Assembly: GCA_963712175.1 (NCBI GenBank)
Contig: CAVQGZ010000008.1
Span: 212,011 to 276,010 of the forward strand
Source: an uncultured Actinomycetota bacterium
GTDB lineage: Bacteria; Actinomycetota; Actinomycetes; Jiangellales; Jiangellaceae
Direction of reading: 5' to 3'
DNA: 64,000 bases
The notes below the pieces were generated by a model. It had not been told where the DNA came from. It saw nothing but the letters and a program-made list of their open reading frames with translations, and did no database searches. Each line of letters starts with the position of its first letter. The first letter of the stretch is position 1. Both the position numbers and the translations under genes were made by a program. Of the stretch, positions 26,269 through 34,947 are shown in pieces.

Positions 26269-27528
26269 ATGCCGGCGCTGTCCGTCCAGCGGGAACGCCT
26301 TCGCTCGCGGCTCTGGCCGATCCCGGCAGTGGCTGCCCTCTGCGCGGGCGTTCTCGCCGTGCTGCTGTCGAGGGTTCGCCCGGGGACCGACAGCGGCCAG
26401 GTCTGGTGGCCCGGTGAGCCCTCCTCGGCGCGTGGTCTGCTCGAGGTACTCGCCGGCTCGTCCCTTACCGTCGTGGCATTGGTCTTCAGCCTTCAGGTCG
26501 TGGCGCTCCAGCTGGCCGCGACCCAGTACTCCCCACGGCTGCTGCGTACGCACGCCCGAGACGGCTGGATCCAGGGCTCGCTGGCCGTCCTGCTCTCCAC
26601 CTTCGTGTTCGCTCTGGTCACGCTGGCGCTGTTCGGGACGGTGGACAGGCCCCCACGGGTGTCGGTGACCGTCGCCGTGCTGCTCGGCCTCGCCAGCGTC
26701 GCCGCGCTCGTCGGCGTGGTCGCCCACATCGTGGTATCGCTGCGCGTCGAGACGATGCTGGCCGAGATACATGCCGATGCCGAGGTCGTCGTCCGAGCCA
26801 CGCTGGAGCACGACATCGGCCCGGCCCCTACCCAGTGGCCGCCGCCGCACCGCGCTGGGGACGGCTCGGCGGCGGTCCGCTCGAGACACTCGGGGTTCGT
26901 CCAGGCAGTCGACCGGGACCGCATCATCGCCTGGGCCGAGGAGAACGACGGACTTGTGCGCCTGGACGTGGCGCCGGGGGACCACGTGCTCACCGACCAG
27001 CCGGTCGGGCGAGTCTGGGCCGCGACATCCGACACCGACGCCGTGGTCGAGTCCATCCTCGTCGGCTTCGAGCGGACGCCCGACGAGGACCCCGGGTTCG
27101 GGCTGGTTCAGCTGACCGACATCGCGATGCGTGCCCTCTCGCCAAGTCTCAACGACCCGACGACGGCGGTTCACACCATCGGGCACCTGGCGTCGCTGCT
27201 CGGCCTGGTCGCCCAACGAGACGCCGGAGCCGTGCGTCGGGTGCAGGGCGAGCACGAGGTGCGGCTCCTGGAGCGCGTGACGTCGCGGGAGGACACCATC
27301 GCCGGAGTCTGCCGCCCGATCGTGCGCGCGGGTGCTTCGCACCCGGAGGTTCTGCTCGCGGTCGCCGACATGCTGACCTACCTGCGCACTCGAGCCCCCG
27401 ACCTGGCGCCGGCCCTAGCCGACGAGGGTCACTACGTCGCTCGGGCGGGCGAGCGCTCGTTGCCCGATCCCGACGACCGGGCGATGGTCGTCGCTCGGCT
27501 GAGGGGGGTCGCGAGCCCCCGGCGATGA
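26269..27528 (+). CDS. DUF2254-type membrane protein
   Basis: 419 aa: four N-terminal TM helices, then a soluble domain (GFVQAVD..., DPGFGLVQLTDIAMRALSPSLNDPTTAV), as in DUF2254. Confidence 0.7.
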   Translation: MPALSVQRERLRSRLWPIPAVAALCAGVLAVLLSRVRPGTDSGQVWWPGEPSSARGLLEVLAGSSLTVVALVFSLQVVALQLAATQYSPRLLRTHARDGWIQGSLAVLLSTFVFALVTLALFGTVDRPPRVSVTVAVLLGLASVAALVGVVAHIVVSLRVETMLAEIHADAEVVVRATLEHDIGPAPTQWPPPHRAGDGSAAVRSRHSGFVQAVDRDRIIAWAEENDGLVRLDVAPGDHVLTDQPVGRVWAATSDTDAVVESILVGFERTPDEDPGFGLVQLTDIAMRALSPSLNDPTTAVHTIGHLASLLGLVAQRDAGAVRRVQGEHEVRLLERVTSREDTIAGVCRPIVRAGASHPEVLLAVADMLTYLRTRAPDLAPALADEGHYVARAGERSLPDPDDRAMVVARLRGVASPRR

Positions 27529-27540
27529 CGACGTGGCTGC

Positions 27541-28818
27541 TCACGTCGAGGGCCCCTGCCGGGCGCGGGCTGCATCGAGGCGGGACATCGCGGGCCCAGC
27601 GCTGATGCCGTGGATGACGACGGACAGCAGGACGGTGAACGCCACGGCCGACCACAGGGCCTCGTACTGAGCCAACGCCGTCTGGCCGGCGGCGTAGGCG
27701 AGGTAGTAGAACGAGCCGATCCCGCGCACGCCGAAGAACGCAACCGCCCACCGGTCTCCGGCCGGGAGCCCGCACCCGGCCAGCGACAGCCAGCCGACCA
27801 GGGGGCGGACGACGAAGACGAGTGCCACCGCGACGACGACCGCGCCAGGCGTCAGGGCCGCCAGCAGACCCTCGGCGCAGGCGTAGCCGAGGGCCAGCAG
27901 CACGGCAAGCGTGAGCAGGCGCTCGATCTGCTCCACGAACTCGTGCAGGACTCGGTGGTAGTCGTGCTCGCGCTCGTAGGCGCGCAGCACGAGAGCAGCC
28001 ACGAAGACGGCGAGAAAGCCGTACCCACCGACGACCTCGGTGGTCCCGTACACCACGAAGACGGCTGCGAGGGCGACCAGCGCCTCAGACGTCTCGGCGA
28101 ACCGCAGGTAGCGCGCCGGTCGGGCGAAGGTGAGCCTGGCGAGGACCCATCCGGTGGCCATGCCGGCGGCGATACCGATCGCGACCTTGCCGAGAAGCTC
28201 CCACGCCAGCCACCCGGGCCCCCAGGCAGCGATCCCCCCGGTGGTGAGAAAGACCGCCGCGTAGACGAAGGGGAACGCCAGGCCGTCGTTGAGGCCGGCC
28301 TCGGACGTCAGGGCGAAGCGGACGTCGTCCTCGTCCTCGCGCTTGTCGTCCGACGGTCCGCCGACCTGCACCTCGGAGGCCAGCACAGGGTCGGTGGGGG
28401 CGAGGACAGCCCCGAGCAGCAGGGCACTGGCCGGAAGCAGGCCGGCCACGCCCCAGCCGAGCACGGCCACGATCGCGATGCACAGCGGCATCGCGATGCC
28501 CAGGAGCCGCCAGGTCGTCGCCCACCGCCGCCACCCGAACGGCCTGTCGATCGCGAGCCCCACACCGAAGAGGGCGACGATGACGACGACCTCCGTCACG
28601 TGCTCGATGGTGGCCCGCACGGCTTCCTGGGACAGCTCTGCCAGTCCCAGCGTCGGCAGGTCCAACGGCAGCAGCCCCAGCAGCAGTCCGGCAGCCACGA
28701 ACACCATCGGCGCGGAGAAGGCCCGCCCTGCAGCGATGCGCGGCAGCCAGGCACCCAGCAGCAGTGCCAGCCCTGCGACGAGGAACAGCAGGTCCGACGT
28801 CGCGACGTTCAGGCTCAT
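27541..28818 (-). CDS. cation:proton antiporter (Na+/H+ exchanger family)
   Basis: 425 aa from ATG 28818 (MSLNVATSDLL...). LGAVLAPTDPV, SEAGLNDGLAFPF, about 11-12 TM. The tracked ORF to 29730 is a non-coding-looking extension. Confidence 0.85.
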   Translation of the reverse strand: MSLNVATSDLLFLVAGLALLLGAWLPRIAAGRAFSAPMVFVAAGLLLGLLPLDLPTLGLAELSQEAVRATIEHVTEVVVIVALFGVGLAIDRPFGWRRWATTWRLLGIAMPLCIAIVAVLGWGVAGLLPASALLLGAVLAPTDPVLASEVQVGGPSDDKREDEDDVRFALTSEAGLNDGLAFPFVYAAVFLTTGGIAAWGPGWLAWELLGKVAIGIAAGMATGWVLARLTFARPARYLRFAETSEALVALAAVFVVYGTTEVVGGYGFLAVFVAALVLRAYEREHDYHRVLHEFVEQIERLLTLAVLLALGYACAEGLLAALTPGAVVVAVALVFVVRPLVGWLSLAGCGLPAGDRWAVAFFGVRGIGSFYYLAYAAGQTALAQYEALWSAVAFTVLLSVVIHGISAGPAMSRLDAARARQGPST

Positions 28819-28896
28819 TGCAGGCTCAGGGCGTCGAGCGGAGGTCGGGCACGGCGCCATCCAAGCACCCCGACATGGCTCCCTGGGTGGCGATGA

Positions 28897-30243
28897 GTGC
28901 CAGAGTGCTCCCTCGTGGGACACGACGCCGCGGTGGCGACCGGTCCGGCGCCGGTCGACCGAGCCTTCATCGGCCTTCTCGGACGCGCCGCCGTCGTCGG
29001 CCCCGTCGCTGCCGCGGCGGCGACCGCCTTCGTCGTCACCGAGCACGAGCTCACGTCCCTGATCTGGGAGCACCTGCCCACCCGGCTGGGCTTCAGCGAG
29101 GTGCCGTGGTGGTGGGCGGTCGCGATGCTGAGCGTTGGAGCCCTCCTGACGGCGCTGGCGCTGGGCCTGCCCGGGCACGGGGGTCACTCGCCGCTGGACG
29201 GCTTCGCCTTCGACGTCGGCCCCCGGGTTGCGGTGTCGGCGGTGGCTGCCGCACTGGCATCCCTGAGCTTCGGGGCGGTGCTCGGACCTGAGGCGCCTGC
29301 CCTCGCCATCGGAACGGCGACCGGCTTCGTCGTGGCGGGGATCGGCAAGGTCGACCCGAGCCGACTTGACGGCCATCGACGGTTGTTGATGATGGCTGGG
29401 GGGATGGCCGCATTCGGCGCCGTGCTCGGGAACCCGATCGCGCTGGCGGTGTTCATCCTGGAGGCCGCCCTTGTCGCCCGACGCACGGCCGGCGCACCGT
29501 TGGCGCTCGCGCCCGTGGCCCTGGCGTTGGCAACGGGCTACCTGGTTCAGGTGGGCGTCGGTCAGTGGGCGGGCCTGGGAGAGGTCGTCCTGGCTCTGCC
29601 CACGGCGCCGGCCTACCCGACTGTGCTGGCTGCCGACATCCTTGTCGCAGTCCCGCTGGGCCTCGCCGTGGCCGTCATCATCCACGTCGCCTTCCTCGGT
29701 GGGGGGCGGATGGCTCACGCCATGGTGCACAGACCCCGCGTGCTGCTCCTCGTCCTGTCCGCGTGGGGGATAGCGGGGCTGGCACTGATGGCTCGAGCGC
29801 TCGTGGACGCGCCGCTGAACCAGGTGCTCTTCTCCGGCCAGGCAACGGTGGGTGGTGTGTTGACGGCAACCTCGGCGTCAAGCCTGCTCGTCGTCGTTAT
29901 CGCGAAGTCGTTGGCCTACTCGATCTCGCTCGGGAGCGGGTTTCGCGGCGGGGCGGTCTTTCCCGCCATCTCCATCGGGGTCGGCGTGGCCGTCGTCGCA
30001 GCGCTGGTCGTCGGCCCGGCCAGCGTGACCGGTCTCGCGGCTGCGGGTGTCGCCGCGGCCGTGGCAGCAGTCATCCGGCTGCCGTTCTCCAGCGCCCTGC
30101 TGGCGACGCTGCTCCTCGCTCAGGCGGGGCTGGCGGTCACCTCGCCTGCGCTGGTCGGGGCGGTGGTGGGCCTGCTCACCGTGCTCGTGCTCGACCGACG
30201 GCTGGGGCCGAGGCTCGTCGGCCCTACCCACCCCGCTGACTGA
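28897..30243 (+). CDS. ClC-family voltage-gated chloride channel
   Basis: GPEAPALAIG and GFRGGAVFPAISIG motifs, about 10-11 TM. The exact start (GTG 28897/28915/28933) is uncertain. Confidence 0.85.
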   Translation: MPECSLVGHDAAVATGPAPVDRAFIGLLGRAAVVGPVAAAAATAFVVTEHELTSLIWEHLPTRLGFSEVPWWWAVAMLSVGALLTALALGLPGHGGHSPLDGFAFDVGPRVAVSAVAAALASLSFGAVLGPEAPALAIGTATGFVVAGIGKVDPSRLDGHRRLLMMAGGMAAFGAVLGNPIALAVFILEAALVARRTAGAPLALAPVALALATGYLVQVGVGQWAGLGEVVLALPTAPAYPTVLAADILVAVPLGLAVAVIIHVAFLGGGRMAHAMVHRPRVLLLVLSAWGIAGLALMARALVDAPLNQVLFSGQATVGGVLTATSASSLLVVVIAKSLAYSISLGSGFRGGAVFPAISIGVGVAVVAALVVGPASVTGLAAAGVAAAVAAVIRLPFSSALLATLLLAQAGLAVTSPALVGAVVGLLTVLVLDRRLGPRLVGPTHPAD

Positions 30244-30313
30244 GCAGGGACCAACAGACTCTGGCCACCGCGGTCACCAGGGCGTTCACTAGCGTTGTTG
30301 GAGGTGATCCGAC

Positions 30314-31402
30314 GTGGTCGTCGAGTCCGCCCACCCGACCAGCGCCTGGCACACGCGGGACGACGGGCGCATCCAGTGCGACGTCTGCCCGCGTGGCTGC
30401 GCGCTGAACGACGGTCAACGCGGTCTCTGCTTCGTCCGCCGCCGGCTGGGTGACCAGATCGTGCTCACGACGTACGGGCGCAGCAGCGGGTTCTGCGTGG
30501 ACCCCATCGAGAAGAAGCCGCTCAACCACTTCCTCCCCGGCTCGGCGGTGCTCTCGTTCGGGACGGCGGGCTGCAACCTGACGTGTCGGTTCTGCCAGAA
30601 CTGGGACATCTCGAAGAGCCGCGAGATCGACACGTTGGCCGACGCTGCAACTCCTGGGCGGATCGCTGCCACGGCGGCTGAGCTCGGCTGCCGGTCGGTC
30701 GCGTTCACCTACAACGACCCGACCATCTTCTACGAGTACGCCCGCGACACCGCGGTCGCGTGCCACGAGGTCGGGCTGCGGGCGGTGTCAGTCACTGCCG
30801 GCTACATGCTTGCCGGACCGCGGGCGGACATGTACGCGCACATGGACGCCGCCAACGTCGACCTGAAGTCCTTCGACGACGACGTCTACCGGCGGGTGTG
30901 CTCGGCCCGGCTGGCCCCTGTTCTGGAGACGATCGAGTACCTCGTGACGCAGACCCCGGTGTGGGTCGAGCTCACGACACTTCTCATCCCCGGGCTCAAC
31001 GACTCCGACGCCGAGATCGACTCCATGACCTCCTGGGTCGTCGACCGGCTCGGCGCAGACGTGCCCATGCACTTCACGGCCTTCCACCCCGACTTCAAGA
31101 TGCGCGACCGGCCGCCGACCCCACCGGCCACCCTCACCCGGGCCCGTCGTATCGCGATCTCGAACGGGGTCCGCTTCGCCTACACCGGCAACGTCCACGA
31201 CGGTGACGGCGGGACGACGACGTGTCCGTCCTGCGGCCTGGTCCTCGTCCGTCGCGACTGGTACGTGCTGAGCGAGTACCGCCTCACCGACGACGGCCGC
31301 TGTGGGCGCTGCGGCGAGTCTCTTCCCGGCGTCTTCGACGGACCCGTGGGCGACTGGGGTGCGAAGCGCCTGCCGGTACGCCTGGCCGAGGCAGCGCCGT
31401 GA
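30314..31402 (+). CDS. AmmeMemoRadiSam system radical SAM enzyme
   Basis: N-terminal Cys cluster (IQCDVCPRGCALNDGQRGLCFVR), CNLTCRFCQNW radical-SAM motif, C-terminal CPSCG...CGRCG. GGAGG upstream of GTG 30314. Confidence 0.9.
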   Translation: MVVESAHPTSAWHTRDDGRIQCDVCPRGCALNDGQRGLCFVRRRLGDQIVLTTYGRSSGFCVDPIEKKPLNHFLPGSAVLSFGTAGCNLTCRFCQNWDISKSREIDTLADAATPGRIAATAAELGCRSVAFTYNDPTIFYEYARDTAVACHEVGLRAVSVTAGYMLAGPRADMYAHMDAANVDLKSFDDDVYRRVCSARLAPVLETIEYLVTQTPVWVELTTLLIPGLNDSDAEIDSMTSWVVDRLGADVPMHFTAFHPDFKMRDRPPTPPATLTRARRIAISNGVRFAYTGNVHDGDGGTTTCPSCGLVLVRRDWYVLSEYRLTDDGRCGRCGESLPGVFDGPVGDWGAKRLPVRLAEAAP

Positions 31403-32223
31403 GGGCCCGCGCTGCGGTGCGCCGGCCCGCGGTCGCGGGGCTCTTCTACCCAGCAGATCCCGCTGTCCTGGACGCCGCTGTGCTCGCGTACCTGTCGGCC
31501 CCCGCGCCCGAACCGCCCCCGCCGGTCACGCGCCTGCGCGCCCTCGTCGTGCCGCATGCCGGGTACGTCTACTCCGGCCCCACCGCGGGCGTCGCCTACC
31601 GGCTGCTGCCTTCCGTGGCAGCGCGGGTCAGGCGGGTGCTGCTGCTCGGACCTCCCCACCGGGTTCCGGTGTGGGGGGTCGAGGCGAGCGGCGCCGACGC
31701 CTGGGAGTCCCCGTTGGGCGTTCTCCCCGTGGACGCCGCGGGTCGCCGTCACCTGGTCGAGGCCGACGCGGCATCGGGGCGAGCGCTGGTCGCCGTCGCT
31801 GATGTCGCCCACGCACCTGAGCACAGCCTGGAGGTGCAGATCCCGTTCCTGCAGGCCACGCTGCCGGGCGTGCCAGTGCTGCCCGTCCTCGTCGGGGACG
31901 CTGACCCGAACGAGGTGGCCGACCTGGTCGAGCCGTGGTGGGTCGACGACTCGCTCGTCGTCGTGAGTACCGACCTGTCGCACTACGAGCCTGATGCCGC
32001 GGCCCGTAGGCATGACGCACGGACCAGCGCGGCGATCATCGCCTGCGACACCTCGCGCATCGGCGATGCCGACGCGTGCGGGGCCCAGGCGCTGCGGGTC
32101 CTGCTGTCCGTGGCCCGTCGGCACGGCGCTGTCGTGCACGAGCTGGATCGTCGGACATCGGCCGACACGGCGGGGTCCGCAGACCGGGTCGTGGGCTACG
32201 GCGCCTTCGCCGTGGAGGGTTGA
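31399..32223 (+). CDS. AmmeMemoRadiSam system protein B (Memo family)
   Basis: GTG 31399 overlaps the radical-SAM stop (GTGA). PAVAGLFYPADP, VVPHAGYVYSG, HAPEHSLEVQIPFL, STDLSHY. Confidence 0.9.
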   Translation: MRARAAVRRPAVAGLFYPADPAVLDAAVLAYLSAPAPEPPPPVTRLRALVVPHAGYVYSGPTAGVAYRLLPSVAARVRRVLLLGPPHRVPVWGVEASGADAWESPLGVLPVDAAGRRHLVEADAASGRALVAVADVAHAPEHSLEVQIPFLQATLPGVPVLPVLVGDADPNEVADLVEPWWVDDSLVVVSTDLSHYEPDAAARRHDARTSAAIIACDTSRIGDADACGAQALRVLLSVARRHGAVVHELDRRTSADTAGSADRVVGYGAFAVEG

Positions 32224-32816
32224 TGCTGGAGCAGCAGGACCGCGACGAGATGCTGCGCATCGCCGTGCGGGCCGTCGCCGAGCCTCTTGCCCACGGGCGT
32301 CGATGGCTGCCGGACCTCACCGAGATGGCGCCCGCCCTGCGTGACCCGGGCGCCTGCTTCGTGACGCTGCGCCGCAGCCAGCGTCTGCTGGGATGCATCG
32401 GGTCGCTGGTGCCGCACCGCCCGCTCGGGGTTGACGTGGCCCACAACGCGGCAGCCGCCGCCTTCGACGACCCTCGACTCCCGGCGGTCACGGTGGCCGA
32501 CATGGCTGCCCTCGACGTGCACGTGAGCGTCCTCGGTCCACTGCGCGTGCTTCCCGTCGCCGGGTGGGCCGAGCTCGCCGACGCGCTGCGGCCGGGTGAG
32601 GACGGGCTGCTCGTGACCGACGGGCGACACCGCGCCACGTTCCTTCCGTCGGTATGGGGCGAGCTGGCGACTCCCCAGGAGTTCTTGGACGCCCTGTGGG
32701 TCAAGGCGGGCATGCGCCCTGGGGTCTGGCCGGCCGACCTGCAGGTCAGCCGGTACTCCGTCGAGGAGTTCGGCAGCCCGGCACGCGACGTGCGTGAGCT
32801 CGGCGGAGCCACGTAG
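32223..32816 (+). CDS. AmmeMemoRadiSam system protein A (AMMECR1 family)
   Basis: ATG 32223 overlaps the Memo stop (TGATG). GACFVTLRRSQRLLGCIGS, DPRLPAV, ATFLPSVW. Confidence 0.9.
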   Translation: MLEQQDRDEMLRIAVRAVAEPLAHGRRWLPDLTEMAPALRDPGACFVTLRRSQRLLGCIGSLVPHRPLGVDVAHNAAAAAFDDPRLPAVTVADMAALDVHVSVLGPLRVLPVAGWAELADALRPGEDGLLVTDGRHRATFLPSVWGELATPQEFLDALWVKAGMRPGVWPADLQVSRYSVEEFGSPARDVRELGGAT

Positions 32817-32900
32817 CCGCCGGCACGCCAGGCGCTGCGCCGGGGCTTTTCCGGGACCAAGTACCTGCCCGCGGACAACGCTGCGGGATACAGTCACCGC

Positions 32901-33311
32901 GTGGGGGAGAGAGAGCGCAGAGAAGTCCAGTCGGTCCTGCTGCAGATGGCCCAGCTCCGGCTCATCCTGGGCGCCGCCGCCGAGGGGTCGGCACGCGACC
33001 CGGACGTCGTGTCGGACCTGTCGTCGACGCTGCTCTTCGCCCTGGACAACGAGGGAGCCATGCGGCCGACGGCGATCCAGGAGATGACCGGGTTGTCCAG
33101 TGGCGGAGTGACAAAGCTGGTGGAACGCCTGGAGCAGAAGGGCCTGGTCACCCGCAAGACCGGGGCGATCGACGGTGACCGCCGAGGCGTCCTGGTCGAG
33201 CTGACCAGGCGCGGCCGCAACACGGTGCGGTCGGTGTCCGACGCGATGGCCGATGCCCTCAAGGCCTCTCGCGCCGAGGCGGACGAGCTCGCCCGCACCC
33301 TGCAGGGCTGA
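32901..33311 (+). CDS. MarR-family transcriptional regulator
   Basis: 136 aa with a winged HTH (MRPTAIQEMTGLSSGGVTKLVERLEQKGLVTR...DRRGVLVELT). Confidence 0.85.
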   Translation: MGERERREVQSVLLQMAQLRLILGAAAEGSARDPDVVSDLSSTLLFALDNEGAMRPTAIQEMTGLSSGGVTKLVERLEQKGLVTRKTGAIDGDRRGVLVELTRRGRNTVRSVSDAMADALKASRAEADELARTLQG

Positions 33312-33388
33312 GCCTTTCGCCCCTGGTGGCGAGTCGGGCTCCGCCCTACTGTCGTGTCGAAGGTCCCTCGGTTGGCCGGGAGTGGATC

Positions 33389-33850
33389 ATGGCAACTCGG
33401 ACAGACGCTGCCGTCGAGTCGGCGGCCCCTCCCAGAACGCTGCGCCAGCTCGGCTACGGAGTCGCTGCGGGGGTGAACGCGGCGCTGCTGTACCTGATCA
33501 ACGGCGCCCCGGGATGGCAGGCGCTCAGCTTCGTGACCGACGACGTGCAGTCGGTGCTGGGCATCGTCAACGCCTCCCTGCTGGCGGGGCTCGTCGTCAA
33601 CCTGGTGTGGTCGCTCGCCGACCCTGCCTGGTGGCGGGCGCTCGGGCAGGTGGTGCTCTCGTCCATCAGCCTGGCCGCGACCCTGCAGGTTCTCGATGTC
33701 TTCCCCTTCGACTTCACGGGGTGGGCCTTCGACCCCACGTGGCTCGTTCGCCTGGTGCTCGTCGTGGCGGCGTTCGGGACCGGCATCGCGCTGCTCGTCC
33801 AGGTGGTCACCCTGGTGCGACTGGCGGTGACAGGCGGGCGTAGCGCCTAG
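33389..33850 (+). CDS. membrane protein, hypothetical
   Basis: ATG 33389 (MATRTDAAV...), four hydrophobic helices, downstream of marR. Confidence 0.55.
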   Translation: MATRTDAAVESAAPPRTLRQLGYGVAAGVNAALLYLINGAPGWQALSFVTDDVQSVLGIVNASLLAGLVVNLVWSLADPAWWRALGQVVLSSISLAATLQVLDVFPFDFTGWAFDPTWLVRLVLVVAAFGTGIALLVQVVTLVRLAVTGGRSA

Positions 33851-34947
33851 GCCGTCGCAAGCAGCCGGTCGAGGTCGCCGTGTACCTCGAGGCCCGCGCA
33901 CTCGCCAGTGTCGTCGAGCAGGATGCTCCCGTCGGCGGCAAGGAGCCGGACAGCCACGCTGGCGTCCAGCGTCTCCTCCACCCGTCGGTGCATCTGCGTA
34001 CGGATCGGTGCGTGCAGCAGGCCGCCACGGCGTCGCTGCGCGGTGATCTGCAGCGCCGCCCCTGATCGCGAGCGCAGGTGCCAGCGCACATGCTCGTCGT
34101 CGATCGACAGCGCGGTCGTGCTCGCCCCGTTGTGCGTGGCGAAGCGGTGCAGGACGCCGTCCACCCACAGCCCGACGATGAACCCGCGGAACTCTCCGCG
34201 CAGCCATGGGATGAGTGCGACCGAGGCCGTCAGGCTCACCCGTGGGCGGGAGAAGTGGTTGGTCTGCATCCACACGTAGCCGGACGGGAAGGCACGCCCC
34301 CAGTCCTTCTCGAGGTAGCCGCGGCCTCCGTCGAAGGAGAGCTCGCGGCCCGCGTGGGACAACGAGCCGGTCAGCCCGTGGTCGAAGGAGACGACCCCGT
34401 GGTAGCACTCCATGAAGGGCACCCAGCCGTACCAGCCCATGATTCCCGGTGAGCGGACGGTGACCGGCCAGGGGTGCAGGGGCTGGTTGAAGCTCACCTG
34501 CCCACGAAGGTCGGCCTCTGGCAGGTCGAGGTCGACGCCGGTGCTGCTGAAGCGGTTCTTCCCCACCCGCACGTCGAAGCCGTCGGTGCTGGCAGAGAAG
34601 TCGGCCCGGTCGAAGCTGACGTACACCGACTCCCCGGTCGCACCGTTCAGCACCTGGACGAACGCCTCGTCCCCGCCCTCGAGCCCGAGGAAGACACCGG
34701 GGATCAGTGCCCACCTCTGCACGCGGTCGGCACTGACGAGCTTGACGTACCAGCCCTCGAAGAAGCCGCTGCGCTCGTGCTCGCCGTGGAATGCCTCTGG
34801 GTGCATGGTCGTGCGCAGCCGGTCGATCACTCGTCCGGGCAGGCTGGGCAGCGACGGGCTGATCGGCACGCCTGCGACCGTACCCGGGGGATGGATGCGT
34901 CGAGCCGCGTCCTGCTCGTCGGCCTGGCTCAGTCGGGGAGGAGGCAA
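33847..34947 (-). CDS. tocopherol-cyclase-family protein
   Basis: HPEAFHGEHERSGFFEGWYVKL..., YLEKDWGRAFPSGYVWMQ resemble the VTE1/tocopherol cyclase family. The start could instead be ATG 34806. Confidence 0.7.
   Translation of the reverse strand: MPPPRLSQADEQDAARRIHPPGTVAGVPISPSLPSLPGRVIDRLRTTMHPEAFHGEHERSGFFEGWYVKLVSADRVQRWALIPGVFLGLEGGDEAFVQVLNGATGESVYVSFDRADFSASTDGFDVRVGKNRFSSTGVDLDLPEADLRGQVSFNQPLHPWPVTVRSPGIMGWYGWVPFMECYHGVVSFDHGLTGSLSHAGRELSFDGGRGYLEKDWGRAFPSGYVWMQTNHFSRPRVSLTASVALIPWLRGEFRGFIVGLWVDGVLHRFATHNGASTTALSIDDEHVRWHLRSRSGAALQITAQRRRGGLLHAPIRTQMHRRVEETLDASVAVRLLAADGSILLDDTGECAGLEVHGDLDRLLATA

Noticed and set aside
27541-29730. A 729-aa ORF suggesting a much larger antiporter.
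   Set aside because: The N-terminal ~300 codons are Arg/Gly/Asp-rich, lack TM helices and overlap the ClC gene on the other strand. The antiporter starts at ATG 28818.
30314-31402. The radical SAM enzyme as a RiPP maturase or novel peptide-modification system.
   Set aside because: The sequence and its two partners match the AmmeMemoRadiSam architecture. No precursor-like small ORF, transporter or peptidase is adjacent.
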